Virus record (IMG/VR): IMGVR_UViG_638275558_000001
Coordinates: 32,001 to 96,000 of that record
DNA length: 64,000 nucleotides
Source: a virus
Taxonomy: Duplodnaviria > Caudoviricetes
Strand: one strand, 5' to 3'
Part shown: positions 29,330-38,434 of the stretch, piece by piece
Position numbering within the stretch: the first letter of the stretch is position 1
Layout of the letters: each line of letters starts with the position of its first letter
Notes under the pieces: model-generated
Told to the model about the DNA's origin: nothing
Database searches by the model: none
What the model saw: only the letters and a program-made list of their open reading frames with translations
Program-made: the position numbers and the translations under genes

Positions 29330-29662
29330 TTAAATATATGCTTCTTCAGGAACAAGCGAAATGGTGGGAGGAGACGTGATTCGGGAAAAATCTTTAAATT
29401 CATAATCATTCCCACGATACAGTAGATATGGAGAGATTCCCCCTACAGGCAAAGGTGGTGTGGGTTTTCTTGGGGGAGTACCACCGCCGCCGGGTTCATC
29501 TTCATCGTCATCCATATCTTTGTTTCTTTTTCCACCAAACAGATTTTGGCGGTATTTTGCCTCGAAAATAATTTCAATAATGTAGTAAAGAACAACGCAC
29601 ATGACGATACAGGCGAGCAGAAAAACGCTGACGACAAATATGTACTGGATCAGGTACTCCAT
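29330..29662 (-). CDS. Membrane protein with Pro/Gly-rich linker
   Basis: N-terminal hydrophobic helix; DDDEDEPGGGGTPPRKP. Confidence 0.65.
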   Translation of the reverse strand: MEYLIQYIFVVSVFLLACIVMCVVLYYIIEIIFEAKYRQNLFGGKRNKDMDDDEDEPGGGGTPPRKPTPPLPVGGISPYLLYRGNDYEFKDFSRITSPPTISLVPEEAYI

Positions 29663-30342
29663 GTTACAAACCGTTCAAAACAACTTTTACATACGGGTTT
29701 ATAATGGCTTACCTCCGGCACAATTAAATAAGGGTCTTCCAGAGGGTTCAGGTAACCCATTCCCCTCAAATCCACACTTCCATTCACAAATCGTATGTTG
29801 TATTGCGTTGGATTACCGCACTCACAACGACTGGAAATGTTTATTTTAATGGGATTGTATTTTTCTTCGATCTGTTTCCATACCGGAAATTCTCTTCCAA
29901 GATAGTCGGTTCTGAGACCGCTGAGCACCACTTCTATTTTCCACGAAAAAATAAATTCGATCTCTTCAGGTGTTGCAAACTGGAATTCATCAACGGCTAT
30001 GAGCGAACACCTACCGGTTTTAAGCTGGAGATATTCGGCTTCATAAAATGTGGGGTTTTGAATGAAGTCGGTAAGATTGTAAACGCAAGAATGGGTAAAT
30101 CCGCTTCGAGATTTCAAGGTAGGGGAATAGCCGTAAATGCTTCCGGGTTTAAAGACAAGATAATCGTCAAAGTTTTCTAAAAGTTTTATAAGAAAATGAG
30201 TTTTACCCGATGCCATCGCCCCGTTGATGACGGTAACGGAGCGGGTTGAGCGTTCCTTCAGAAATTTTATAACAGCCTTATCCAGTTCGATATTGTGCAG
30301 GGTGGTATCTCCGGAAAGCGTCTCAGGGAAATCGTACTTCAT
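29650..30342 (-). CDS. tdk: Thymidine kinase
   Basis: GAMASGKT P-loop, SRSG, IAVDEFQF, GL..DY.G..F, CECG...Y.PVCKSCF. Confidence 0.92.
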   Translation of the reverse strand: MKYDFPETLSGDTTLHNIELDKAVIKFLKERSTRSVTVINGAMASGKTHFLIKLLENFDDYLVFKPGSIYGYSPTLKSRSGFTHSCVYNLTDFIQNPTFYEAEYLQLKTGRCSLIAVDEFQFATPEEIEFIFSWKIEVVLSGLRTDYLGREFPVWKQIEEKYNPIKINISSRCECGNPTQYNIRFVNGSVDLRGMGYLNPLEDPYLIVPEVSHYKPVCKSCFERFVTWST

Positions 30343-31031
30343 AGTTGATTTATTTTTAAGCCGAAGTCTCTGACCACAAGGGGTTTGTCATCGGTTCTAC
30401 CCCAGTTGTCGATCAGGGTAAAATCCTCACCCAGCAGATTGAATTGCCGAATCAGCCTTACGGTTTCCCGGATTACAGGATTTTTAAGAACGGTGAAGTA
30501 AAAAGTGTGCCTATCTTCTACGCTTACGTTGTCAAGCGTGAGTCTATTAATGGCATTTCCAAATATATCGGCAAAACGCCTATCATAAGCAGAAACCACC
30601 TCGAAACCCTCGAACGTTGCGTCTTCCCGTAAGTAGCGTTTCCGGATAAACCCTTCAATCAGAACACTATAAACATCAAAGTCAATATCAGCGACACTTT
30701 CAAAATAGGCTTCATTGACAGGTGCGACAAATTCGGTGATTAGAACCCCACCTTCTTTGAAAACCTGAGCGTAGTCGACGGCGATTTCACTTCCTGACCT
30801 ACGCACCACCTCATATTCGGTAATGTTCTGTTTGATTCCATTGTCATTATGAGCAATTTTCAAAACCAGTTCGGTGTCGGGTATTCTGAATACTTCTCTC
30901 CCTCTTCCCCTTTTGACGGGTTCAAGGTATTTCTTTTGAGCCAGAAGGTAAGCCGCGCGAAGCGGGTTTTCACTTCGCTGAAAGTAAGTCAGAATATCCC
31001 GGAGCGTGTCTGTTTCTTTTAAGGTTATCAT
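30339..31031 (-). CDS. Protein-kinase-like fold protein
   Basis: GRGREVF Gly-loop, VLKIA, QNITE (alphaC Glu), D...DNWG catalytic loop, DFG. Confidence 0.75.
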   Translation of the reverse strand: MITLKETDTLRDILTYFQRSENPLRAAYLLAQKKYLEPVKRGRGREVFRIPDTELVLKIAHNDNGIKQNITEYEVVRRSGSEIAVDYAQVFKEGGVLITEFVAPVNEAYFESVADIDFDVYSVLIEGFIRKRYLREDATFEGFEVVSAYDRRFADIFGNAINRLTLDNVSVEDRHTFYFTVLKNPVIRETVRLIRQFNLLGEDFTLIDNWGRTDDKPLVVRDFGLKINQL

Positions 31032-31034
31032 AGG

Positions 31035-32414
31035 CTAATCCAGTGTTATATCATACATGATTTGTGCGGCAACCACTTCTTTAAAATATTCAACGAAATC
31101 TCTGTCGTCTCTAACGTCCTTTAAATACTTTTCTATTTCCGGTTTTACATATTCAAAAAACTCATCCATAATAACTTGTTTGATAAATAATGTAAAATGA
31201 TCCCCCTCTTCATCCATATTGAGTTTGTTAATGATAACACCATAAGCAATTCGTATAAAGGTTTGTACATCTATTACGTGGCGAAGGTCTTTCTGAATAA
31301 GGATATTTTCTATCTTATGCTTTATTGGAAAATATCCGGAAAGAAACCGAATCGCTTCCTCAAGATTTTTGCTGACAAAAGCTATAATATCGCTCTGCAG
31401 TTTTCGCAAAATATAATGATAATGTGCATCTTCGATTTTATAATAAGCCGCATCTCTGAGATAATCGTATATCTGATCCGCGATATTAAGATGATCTATT
31501 GCTTCCTTTATGGCTTTTGCTTTGAAATTTCTGTCAAAGAAAATTGGGTGTTGCCTTCTTTCCTCTTCTTCAAATTTACGTACAACATATTGTGCGATCG
31601 GATTTAAATGATCTTGCCCGTAATGATAAGCCGCGAATCTTATGACATTTGACCAGAAATATTCGATTTGGGGAGGAAAAAGCACATTTATTAGACTGGT
31701 TCCACCGTATTCTTCATAAAGAAAAGAGCGAACACACCAGCGGATAATGTCTTCGTTATTTTTATAATCCGACAGAATCAAATAAACCTGATTGGTGGGA
31801 TCGAAGCCGCCAAGTACATCTCGAGTCAATTTTGAGATTGTCTCTTTCAGTTCAAAAGAAGGGGTGGTTTCTTTTAGCAGGAATATCATTCCGTCCCCGC
31901 GGGGTATTTTACCTTCGTGGATGTAAAAATAGTAGTACATTTCACGGGTTACAATGATATTCCAGAGAGGAGTAGCCACCCATTGATAAACTTCGTCATC
32001 ATACCGCGCCCCTATAAGTATAGAACCCATAAACAGAAAATCTATATCTCGATACTTTTCATTGAGCGTGCTTACCTCAATAATCACAAAAAAATGGTCT
32101 GTCATGGACTTCAATTTTCTTTCCAATAACACCAATGTTTTTCCTGTTTTTATCAACGCTTTCCGTGTTTCTTCAAGTAGTTCACCCGCCCATTGGTGCT
32201 GTCTTAATTTTTCTTCAATGAAATTTTTGTAAATCTGTTGGTACATAACATTTGACAGGCTTGTTCTGGTAAGATCCTCTGAAGTCAATATGAAATAGTT
32301 GGTGTTGTAATAATATGGGGTGTTTGGGGGCAAATTGGTTTTAATAAACTGTTGACTTAACCCGTTGAACAACGGTTTATTAAGAACAAAGGTATCGGTG
32401 TTTATCGTTTCCAT
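31035..32414 (-). CDS. Hypothetical protein, distant paralog of 18664..20244
   Basis: Shared blocks LKETTPSFE/LKEGSPLYE and EGDHFTLFIK/EGEYVLHHFIK. Confidence 0.75.
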   Translation of the reverse strand: METINTDTFVLNKPLFNGLSQQFIKTNLPPNTPYYYNTNYFILTSEDLTRTSLSNVMYQQIYKNFIEEKLRQHQWAGELLEETRKALIKTGKTLVLLERKLKSMTDHFFVIIEVSTLNEKYRDIDFLFMGSILIGARYDDEVYQWVATPLWNIIVTREMYYYFYIHEGKIPRGDGMIFLLKETTPSFELKETISKLTRDVLGGFDPTNQVYLILSDYKNNEDIIRWCVRSFLYEEYGGTSLINVLFPPQIEYFWSNVIRFAAYHYGQDHLNPIAQYVVRKFEEEERRQHPIFFDRNFKAKAIKEAIDHLNIADQIYDYLRDAAYYKIEDAHYHYILRKLQSDIIAFVSKNLEEAIRFLSGYFPIKHKIENILIQKDLRHVIDVQTFIRIAYGVIINKLNMDEEGDHFTLFIKQVIMDEFFEYVKPEIEKYLKDVRDDRDFVEYFKEVVAAQIMYDITLD

Positions 32415-32417
32415 TGG

Positions 32418-32435
32418 TTTTTATTTAAATAAAAA
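32418..32435. promoter_or_regulatory. Bidirectional late-promoter palindrome
   Basis: Perfect 18-bp palindrome TTTTTATTTAAATAAAAA between divergent ATGs at 32414 and 32442. Confidence 0.7.
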
Positions 32436-32441
32436 GAACGT

Positions 32442-32828
32442 ATGAGAGAACCTTTTCTGTTTCGAGATCCGACAATCGAAAGCTTTGGAAGCTTTTTATT
32501 GGAATACCTTGACATTCAGGAAGTTCGTGTTAAAACCGAATTTTTCGGCGGTAAACTGCAAAAACTCAAAGATGGTTATCATTTTCCGGATGTAAAACTT
32601 AAACCCGGTAAAGATGTCGAAAAGTTCCGAACTCTGTGCAACGCATTCGGGTTTGATGTGGAAATATCCGAAAACGGGATAACGTTCACAAAAAGACAGG
32701 AATATTGTTTTATCGAGGAGGCTCTGAAAAAGGCGACAGAGAAATATCAGATTTTCGTTCTTGCACCAATAGAAGTTGATCTTGTTTTTACATGTTGCAA
32801 CCAGATATTTGTCGAATATGAAATATGA
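32442..32828 (+). CDS. Hypothetical protein
   Basis: 128-aa ORF, first of the adhesin operon. Confidence 0.7.
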   Translation: MREPFLFRDPTIESFGSFLLEYLDIQEVRVKTEFFGGKLQKLKDGYHFPDVKLKPGKDVEKFRTLCNAFGFDVEISENGITFTKRQEYCFIEEALKKATEKYQIFVLAPIEVDLVFTCCNQIFVEYEI

Positions 32829-34276
32829 GCACTGTTAAAATACCTTTAGCCGTTAACATATACGACCCCAAGGGCGACGAATGGGAATTTATCTACAGCA
32901 ACTATGCGGTAGAAGTTGTAGGAAGTGAATATCTGGTTCCGGTTGTAACACTGAAAACCGGATCGGTTAACTATTTCAGATTCAATGTGCTTCTAACCTA
33001 CTCTCAGACCGGGTCTTTCCCCCTTTATCTGAATTTTCTGAACAAAAACACCAATCAGATCAATGTAGTTTACCGAAATATCAGTTACAGTTATATCAGT
33101 TCCAGCAATGTGAACTGGTATCCCACAAGTATATCCGGTCTTCTTGGTTGGTGGCAAGCATATCATCCGTCACGTGTTAAAGATTACATCATAGACCGCA
33201 CTGAAAACCAGAGCCATCTGGTAAAAATTGAAAGGTATACCTATAATGATCAGTGGCTTAACCCTACAACAACATTCGTTTCTCATGAGAGTAATAGGAT
33301 AAAAATGATGCTTCCAATGAATGATTTGATTGATAATCACGGGAATAACTGGGTGTCAGAACCCCGAAATTCTTATGTAGGATATGTTTCACAATCTCAG
33401 AAATTCCTGTCGAAGGAATACACTTTTTTCTATGTTTTTTCGGTAGTTGAAAAAAACCCCTATGTAACAGTAAGTGGGGAGCCGCTGATACCGGGTGCTG
33501 CATATCCCGCCCTTTCAACAAGCTATTACTCTATTATTCCCAAGGGTGGCGAATATCTGGCTGGTTTACATATATTTCGTTCTAAAACTTATAGTTCTGT
33601 AAACGATAAAATGAATACGGCTTCTCTTATGATTCTTTTTACCACCTATCCCGTTATAAGTAGTTCTACGTTTGCTCCGGAATATAAGGGGGATAATGAA
33701 AACGCTTTTTCCAATACACAATATCGCATACACCCCGCTATAGCGGCTATCGGAGAGAAAGATTTAAAGTCTCATTATGTTCCGGGAATAAGAATAGTCT
33801 ATCATACAGAATCTACAATGAACCCGGGAGTTCAGCTTTATGAGCTTTATCTTGGTTATAAGAATACCACTTCACTTTATGAACTGGAAGTAACTTCTTC
33901 AGATATAGCACGTTTTGATGTACCTACCATTGTAGGGTACCGCATTAAACAAAGTGGTAGCGTTATTTCTTATTCTGTTACTTTGAACAATGAACCGCCG
34001 GTATGGTATGTAATTACGGCAAGCATTCCTTCCATCGATCTTTCTGATCCGATTTTTACCGATCATAGAAACGAAGCCGGCATTATTATAGGGTCGCTGT
34101 ACGGGTATCTATATGATTATCAGCTTGGAGATGTCGGAAATCTTTCGGCTATTTATCGGTGGGGATCCAAGGGTATTTACTTTTATGAAGCACTGTTATA
34201 TACCCGCTCGCTTGACGATGCAGAATACCAGCAAGTGAACGAACACCTTGTTAAGAAATACCGATTCGGGCTGTAA
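32825..34276 (+). CDS. LamG/ConA-like virion adhesin
   Basis: P.SISGLLGWWQ...YEALLYTRSL...V.EHL.KKY. Confidence 0.65.
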   Translation: MSTVKIPLAVNIYDPKGDEWEFIYSNYAVEVVGSEYLVPVVTLKTGSVNYFRFNVLLTYSQTGSFPLYLNFLNKNTNQINVVYRNISYSYISSSNVNWYPTSISGLLGWWQAYHPSRVKDYIIDRTENQSHLVKIERYTYNDQWLNPTTTFVSHESNRIKMMLPMNDLIDNHGNNWVSEPRNSYVGYVSQSQKFLSKEYTFFYVFSVVEKNPYVTVSGEPLIPGAAYPALSTSYYSIIPKGGEYLAGLHIFRSKTYSSVNDKMNTASLMILFTTYPVISSSTFAPEYKGDNENAFSNTQYRIHPAIAAIGEKDLKSHYVPGIRIVYHTESTMNPGVQLYELYLGYKNTTSLYELEVTSSDIARFDVPTIVGYRIKQSGSVISYSVTLNNEPPVWYVITASIPSIDLSDPIFTDHRNEAGIIIGSLYGYLYDYQLGDVGNLSAIYRWGSKGIYFYEALLYTRSLDDAEYQQVNEHLVKKYRFGL

Positions 34277-35547
34277 TGGGAAGAATAAATACGACATATT
34301 TTATTTATCTGTATTTCCCGCGTATAGATATAAGCGGTCTTGATAATATACATATTGAAATAGAAATATTGGGTGGCTTTAGTTTTACACCCGTTTCTTA
34401 TACCTACAATACATCTGGCTCTTTTATTACAACAGAAACCCCCGTTGTCAGGGTGATGGAAAATCGCACACCGGATATATACCTTCATGTTGTGAGTTTA
34501 AGTGCTTTATATAGTAATTTCGACCCCTCTCTTCATTCTTGGCATATCTGGCTTGATTTCACAAGGCTTACGGCTTCTAAAACCGACGGTCAACCTGTTT
34601 ATACATCGGATATACAATCCATTCAGAGTGATATATCTATGGAAAACTCCGGAGGCTATACGTATTATGAAAATATTATGAATGGGCTTCCTATGGTGCG
34701 AACCAACAATACAGGATTGACAAAAACCGGTGGCATTCTGACGGATGATCCGATCATGGTAGTCGCAGCGGTTTATATCAGCCAATCCGCTACATATTGT
34801 CGTCTTATAAGCTGGGGATATAGTATTAATGAAGCATGGGATGTATATGCTGAGTTTTCTGGCGCGTTGGTAAGATTTATATTTGTCACCGATACGGCGA
34901 CGGCTGGGAGCGGTCCTACTATAACCAGTGACTGGTTCAGTTATCCTCAGGGGTTTGTACTTGCCGCATGGCAAGAGGATGACGAAACCATGCATTTCCG
35001 GATTATGGATGAAAGCGGAAATGAGTACGATTATCCTGTAATTACCGGACGCGGGGGCGGATTTTCAAACTTCAGATTGTTCGATATTTATTATCCAAGT
35101 TACAACTGGGGATTTAATAATTATGTGGGAGAAATCATTGTTCACAATGATATATATATGGTTGAAGACGTCTTTCATTATATGGCTTTCAAATGGGTGC
35201 CGGGATTAACCGGAAGGGTGCGGATAAATCGCTTGTGGGAAAATCTTTATAAACCTGAATTATATACATCGCTCAATAGTGTTGTACTTATTACAGGCTC
35301 AACATCTTTTACCGGTTCTATTATTAATAACGATCCAATTATTCTAACTTCAATAAATAACATAGATACACTACAATGGAACCCGCAATTTACCGGATCT
35401 ATTGTCAATAACAACCCAATCATCCTAACCCCGGTAAACAACATAGATACACTACAATGGAACCCGCAATTTACCGGATCTATTGTCAATAACAACCCTG
35501 TTTTGTTAACAACGATAAGTAACGTATTACTTTTGATGTTTAATTAA
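34276..35547 (+). CDS. LamG-like virion protein with C-terminal 27-aa repeats
   Basis: W.D...L....G..V, NGLP.V, VGEIIV...Y...KW; repeats at 35311-35514. Confidence 0.65.
   Translation: MGRINTTYFIYLYFPRIDISGLDNIHIEIEILGGFSFTPVSYTYNTSGSFITTETPVVRVMENRTPDIYLHVVSLSALYSNFDPSLHSWHIWLDFTRLTASKTDGQPVYTSDIQSIQSDISMENSGGYTYYENIMNGLPMVRTNNTGLTKTGGILTDDPIMVVAAVYISQSATYCRLISWGYSINEAWDVYAEFSGALVRFIFVTDTATAGSGPTITSDWFSYPQGFVLAAWQEDDETMHFRIMDESGNEYDYPVITGRGGGFSNFRLFDIYYPSYNWGFNNYVGEIIVHNDIYMVEDVFHYMAFKWVPGLTGRVRINRLWENLYKPELYTSLNSVVLITGSTSFTGSIINNDPIILTSINNIDTLQWNPQFTGSIVNNNPIILTPVNNIDTLQWNPQFTGSIVNNNPVLLTTISNVLLLMFN
35311..35514 (+). repeat. 81-bp coding tandem repeat, about 2.5 copies
   Basis: Unit TGSIxNNxPIILTxxNNIDTLQWNPQF; 59 bp identical at 35359-35417 and 35440-35498. 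Confidence 0.9.
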
Positions 35548-35566
35548 TAAAAAAACCACGAAAGCT

Positions 35567-37180
35567 ATGCCTTATTATTTCGAGTTTAAAGTTAGAGAAC
35601 TGGATCTTGAACCGGTAAGTGTAACGCTCTCTCCGGCTCCAAGTTGGGTTTCGGTTTATAAATACAACACCCAGCCTTTTGACCAATTTTACGGAACTTA
35701 TGACATTACAGTGTTTCTGGTAGCAAACCCACCCCCGGGAACACCGGATGGTACCTATTCGATAGGGCTTACTTTGAGCGACGCGCTGGGCGGAATAACC
35801 ACACATTCAGTCAATTTCATAATCAACACTTCTGGAACCATTACATTTGATCCTGTTTCGGTGCCGGGGCTCTGGGGTTGGTGGCAACCCGGAAACTGGC
35901 TTACTCAGAGCAGTGATACTTTCAATGATGTGGCTATATGGTATGACGCTTCTCCGGGGGCACATCATCTTACACTTGATAGGAGAATTACTATTTTACC
36001 ATGGAATAGTACAGATGCTGGAAGTGCTTATGTCGGATCTTACATAAAAACACTTTCGGATAATTCACTTCTGTTTTCATGGAGCCATGTCAATCACCAA
36101 TTTGCCAATATGAATTATTCGTCGGGGGCTGATAACTACAAACCCGAAAATGTTTTGATTACAAAAGATACTTCTTTTTACTCCAATCAGTACTCTATTT
36201 TCTTTGTTTATAGAAATCATCTCGACTGGTTTTCTCATCGTATAACCGGAATGAGATTAACTATAAATCACTATGAATACTGGGCAACCAATATATGGGA
36301 CTTTGATGTTGAACGGGGTAATAATCATCTTGCAATGCCGGTCTATTCCCCGGTGGTGATTAACAGAGCGGCGCCTTATACAACCGTCTCTTATGGATCA
36401 TACTGGAATGACGATTATAATCACGGGTTTGTCGGCGGCTGGTTTATTGCGTTCTGTCTTCCTCCCTATGCCGCTAATCCGTCAGCCAGAGACGCTTATT
36501 ACTATGATGACGGGGGCGGACTTACCACCATGAGCGTATTCAACTATGCCCCCGGCTATTACCAGAATAATGTTCCGCATCAACCTTATATTACCATATT
36601 CAAAGTTAATAAATATGCTTCTCAAACAGATGGGTCTCTCGGTATTCACCCTATTAAATTGTTTTATTACACCAATGAAGAATATGCGTCTATGTCGCTA
36701 ATTGAAAGAAACAACAGGTTCAGCAGATTTGTCTTTACTAAAGATCAGTGGAATGCTGTTGGATATATTGTTGAGGAAAATCCCCTTATTTCCAACAGCG
36801 TTGTTATCGGTTATTCCTACACTTACAGCATTTATTTCAACGAAACAACTTCCGTTACAAAATCTCTGGAAGTAACATTTTATGACATAAATGGCAATTT
36901 CAGACCCCCGACAACTTATGCTTATATTGACGGTTCAGACAACCAGCAGGCATATATAGACGTATATGGTGGGTTTGGCATAGGAACACGTTTTGCGACA
37001 GCTCAGAGTCAATATTATGCCAACACCGGTACTATAGGATGGAGAACTTATAACTTTACACCCGGGGTGTTTTCTCTCTCTTTCAAGGAATGTCTGTTTT
37101 ATACCCGCGCATTATGGAACGAAGCGCCCCAGATCATGGATTATCTTATGAAAAAACACGGTATCCCGTTTGTAAGCTGA
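35567..37180 (+). CDS. Ig/cadherin-like plus LamG-like virion adhesin
   Basis: APSWV...GTYSI....D then P.SVPGLWGWWQ...ECLFYTRAL...YL.KKH. Confidence 0.65.
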   Translation: MPYYFEFKVRELDLEPVSVTLSPAPSWVSVYKYNTQPFDQFYGTYDITVFLVANPPPGTPDGTYSIGLTLSDALGGITTHSVNFIINTSGTITFDPVSVPGLWGWWQPGNWLTQSSDTFNDVAIWYDASPGAHHLTLDRRITILPWNSTDAGSAYVGSYIKTLSDNSLLFSWSHVNHQFANMNYSSGADNYKPENVLITKDTSFYSNQYSIFFVYRNHLDWFSHRITGMRLTINHYEYWATNIWDFDVERGNNHLAMPVYSPVVINRAAPYTTVSYGSYWNDDYNHGFVGGWFIAFCLPPYAANPSARDAYYYDDGGGLTTMSVFNYAPGYYQNNVPHQPYITIFKVNKYASQTDGSLGIHPIKLFYYTNEEYASMSLIERNNRFSRFVFTKDQWNAVGYIVEENPLISNSVVIGYSYTYSIYFNETTSVTKSLEVTFYDINGNFRPPTTYAYIDGSDNQQAYIDVYGGFGIGTRFATAQSQYYANTGTIGWRTYNFTPGVFSLSFKECLFYTRALWNEAPQIMDYLMKKHGIPFVS

Positions 37181-37181
37181 T

Positions 37182-38168
37182 ATGCTGGAATTTACCTACA
37201 GTGGTACGTTTTCATACCCGGATAGTCAAACACTTTCCAGTTTTTACTGGATTATTAACGCCCCGTCTGGAAGTGTTGTTACTTATTCCGAAATTTTAAA
37301 CCCCCCGCTTAAAGAAATCCCTATTGAAGTAACCATTTCCCTCGATACCACAAGTATACCGTCAGGAAATGTAACATGGAGTGTTAACTTTTTTGCATAT
37401 ACAACCACCTCTATTACAGGAGAAGTTTATCTTTATATTTCCAATATCTCAGGATTGGAACCATATAGCATATCTATCTTTCTGACTTCAAGTTATGAGA
37501 AAGAAGGGCTCTGGAGAAATCTCGGGTTGGGTGAATCTTTTTACTGCTATTCGCTTTCCACCACTCCGAATGTACGATTTATCAAACACACCATTTCTCT
37601 TCAGAGTATCAGTTTGATACCAGCCGGTGGTAGTATCAAATGGGAAAAACCCCCGGAAAAAACTTATTATTCTTTTTCGATTTTCGCCAAAGGGTTTTTC
37701 CTTAGAACAGTTGATTTTGAGGGGTTGACTACAAGTCAGCTTAGCTGGTATAATGATATTCCATTTGCTGTTTCAGGAGCCTATCTGTATACCGGATCAG
37801 GATTTCCGCTCATTACTTTTATCAACCAGAGTATGCTTTATCTGGTAACTTCATCGGGGGACTTCAGTAACTTTGTTTTTAGAGATCTGACAACTAACAC
37901 CGATGTGTTTTCTTTCAGTGTGGAATATCCAACGCTTTCTCTTGCAAGAATATATATCACCTACGATGGGAATGATTTTGTCATAACATTCAGCAGTACT
38001 GTTAGTGATTATTACTATACCTATAATTTGCCCGGACTCAGTTTTTCTGATCATCTACTTATTGGGAATTATCAATCTTTTTCGGGTCATTCCGCATGGA
38101 ACTCTTTTATTGTACTTGACTATAATGCGACAGGAAGTGCGTACCAGACAATAAGCAACCTGATATGA
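37182..38168 (+). CDS. Putative structural protein (Ser/Thr/Tyr-rich)
   Basis: 328-aa beta-rich ORF in the adhesin operon. Confidence 0.65.
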   Translation: MLEFTYSGTFSYPDSQTLSSFYWIINAPSGSVVTYSEILNPPLKEIPIEVTISLDTTSIPSGNVTWSVNFFAYTTTSITGEVYLYISNISGLEPYSISIFLTSSYEKEGLWRNLGLGESFYCYSLSTTPNVRFIKHTISLQSISLIPAGGSIKWEKPPEKTYYSFSIFAKGFFLRTVDFEGLTTSQLSWYNDIPFAVSGAYLYTGSGFPLITFINQSMLYLVTSSGDFSNFVFRDLTTNTDVFSFSVEYPTLSLARIYITYDGNDFVITFSSTVSDYYYTYNLPGLSFSDHLLIGNYQSFSGHSAWNSFIVLDYNATGSAYQTISNLI

Positions 38169-38431
38169 GCCATTTTGATGAACTACACGAACATTACAGC
38201 ACCACCACGCTCAGCGTTAACGGGGTAGTGGTAAGTCATAGTTACAGAGCATTTCCTTCGCTTAGCTACGTTGAAATTACGCTGTACAACGTACCTGCAC
38301 CTACTGGATCAAATTATTTCTTTGTTTATGATCACGTTTACAATCAAAACATATTTCTTTATGCGCTGAAACCTCAGGATATAGGGAAAGAAATTCTGGA
38401 AACGGTTAGTTTCAGGATTATTGTTGATTGA
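38165..38431 (+). CDS. Hypothetical protein
   Basis: 88 aa; ATGA coupling. Confidence 0.65.
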   Translation: MSHFDELHEHYSTTTLSVNGVVVSHSYRAFPSLSYVEITLYNVPAPTGSNYFFVYDHVYNQNIFLYALKPQDIGKEILETVSFRIIVD

Positions 38432-38434
38432 TCA

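Noticed and set aside
35311-35514. CRISPR array or DGR template/variable repeat
   Set aside because: In-frame coding repeat with no unique spacers; no cas or reverse transcriptase gene in the window.
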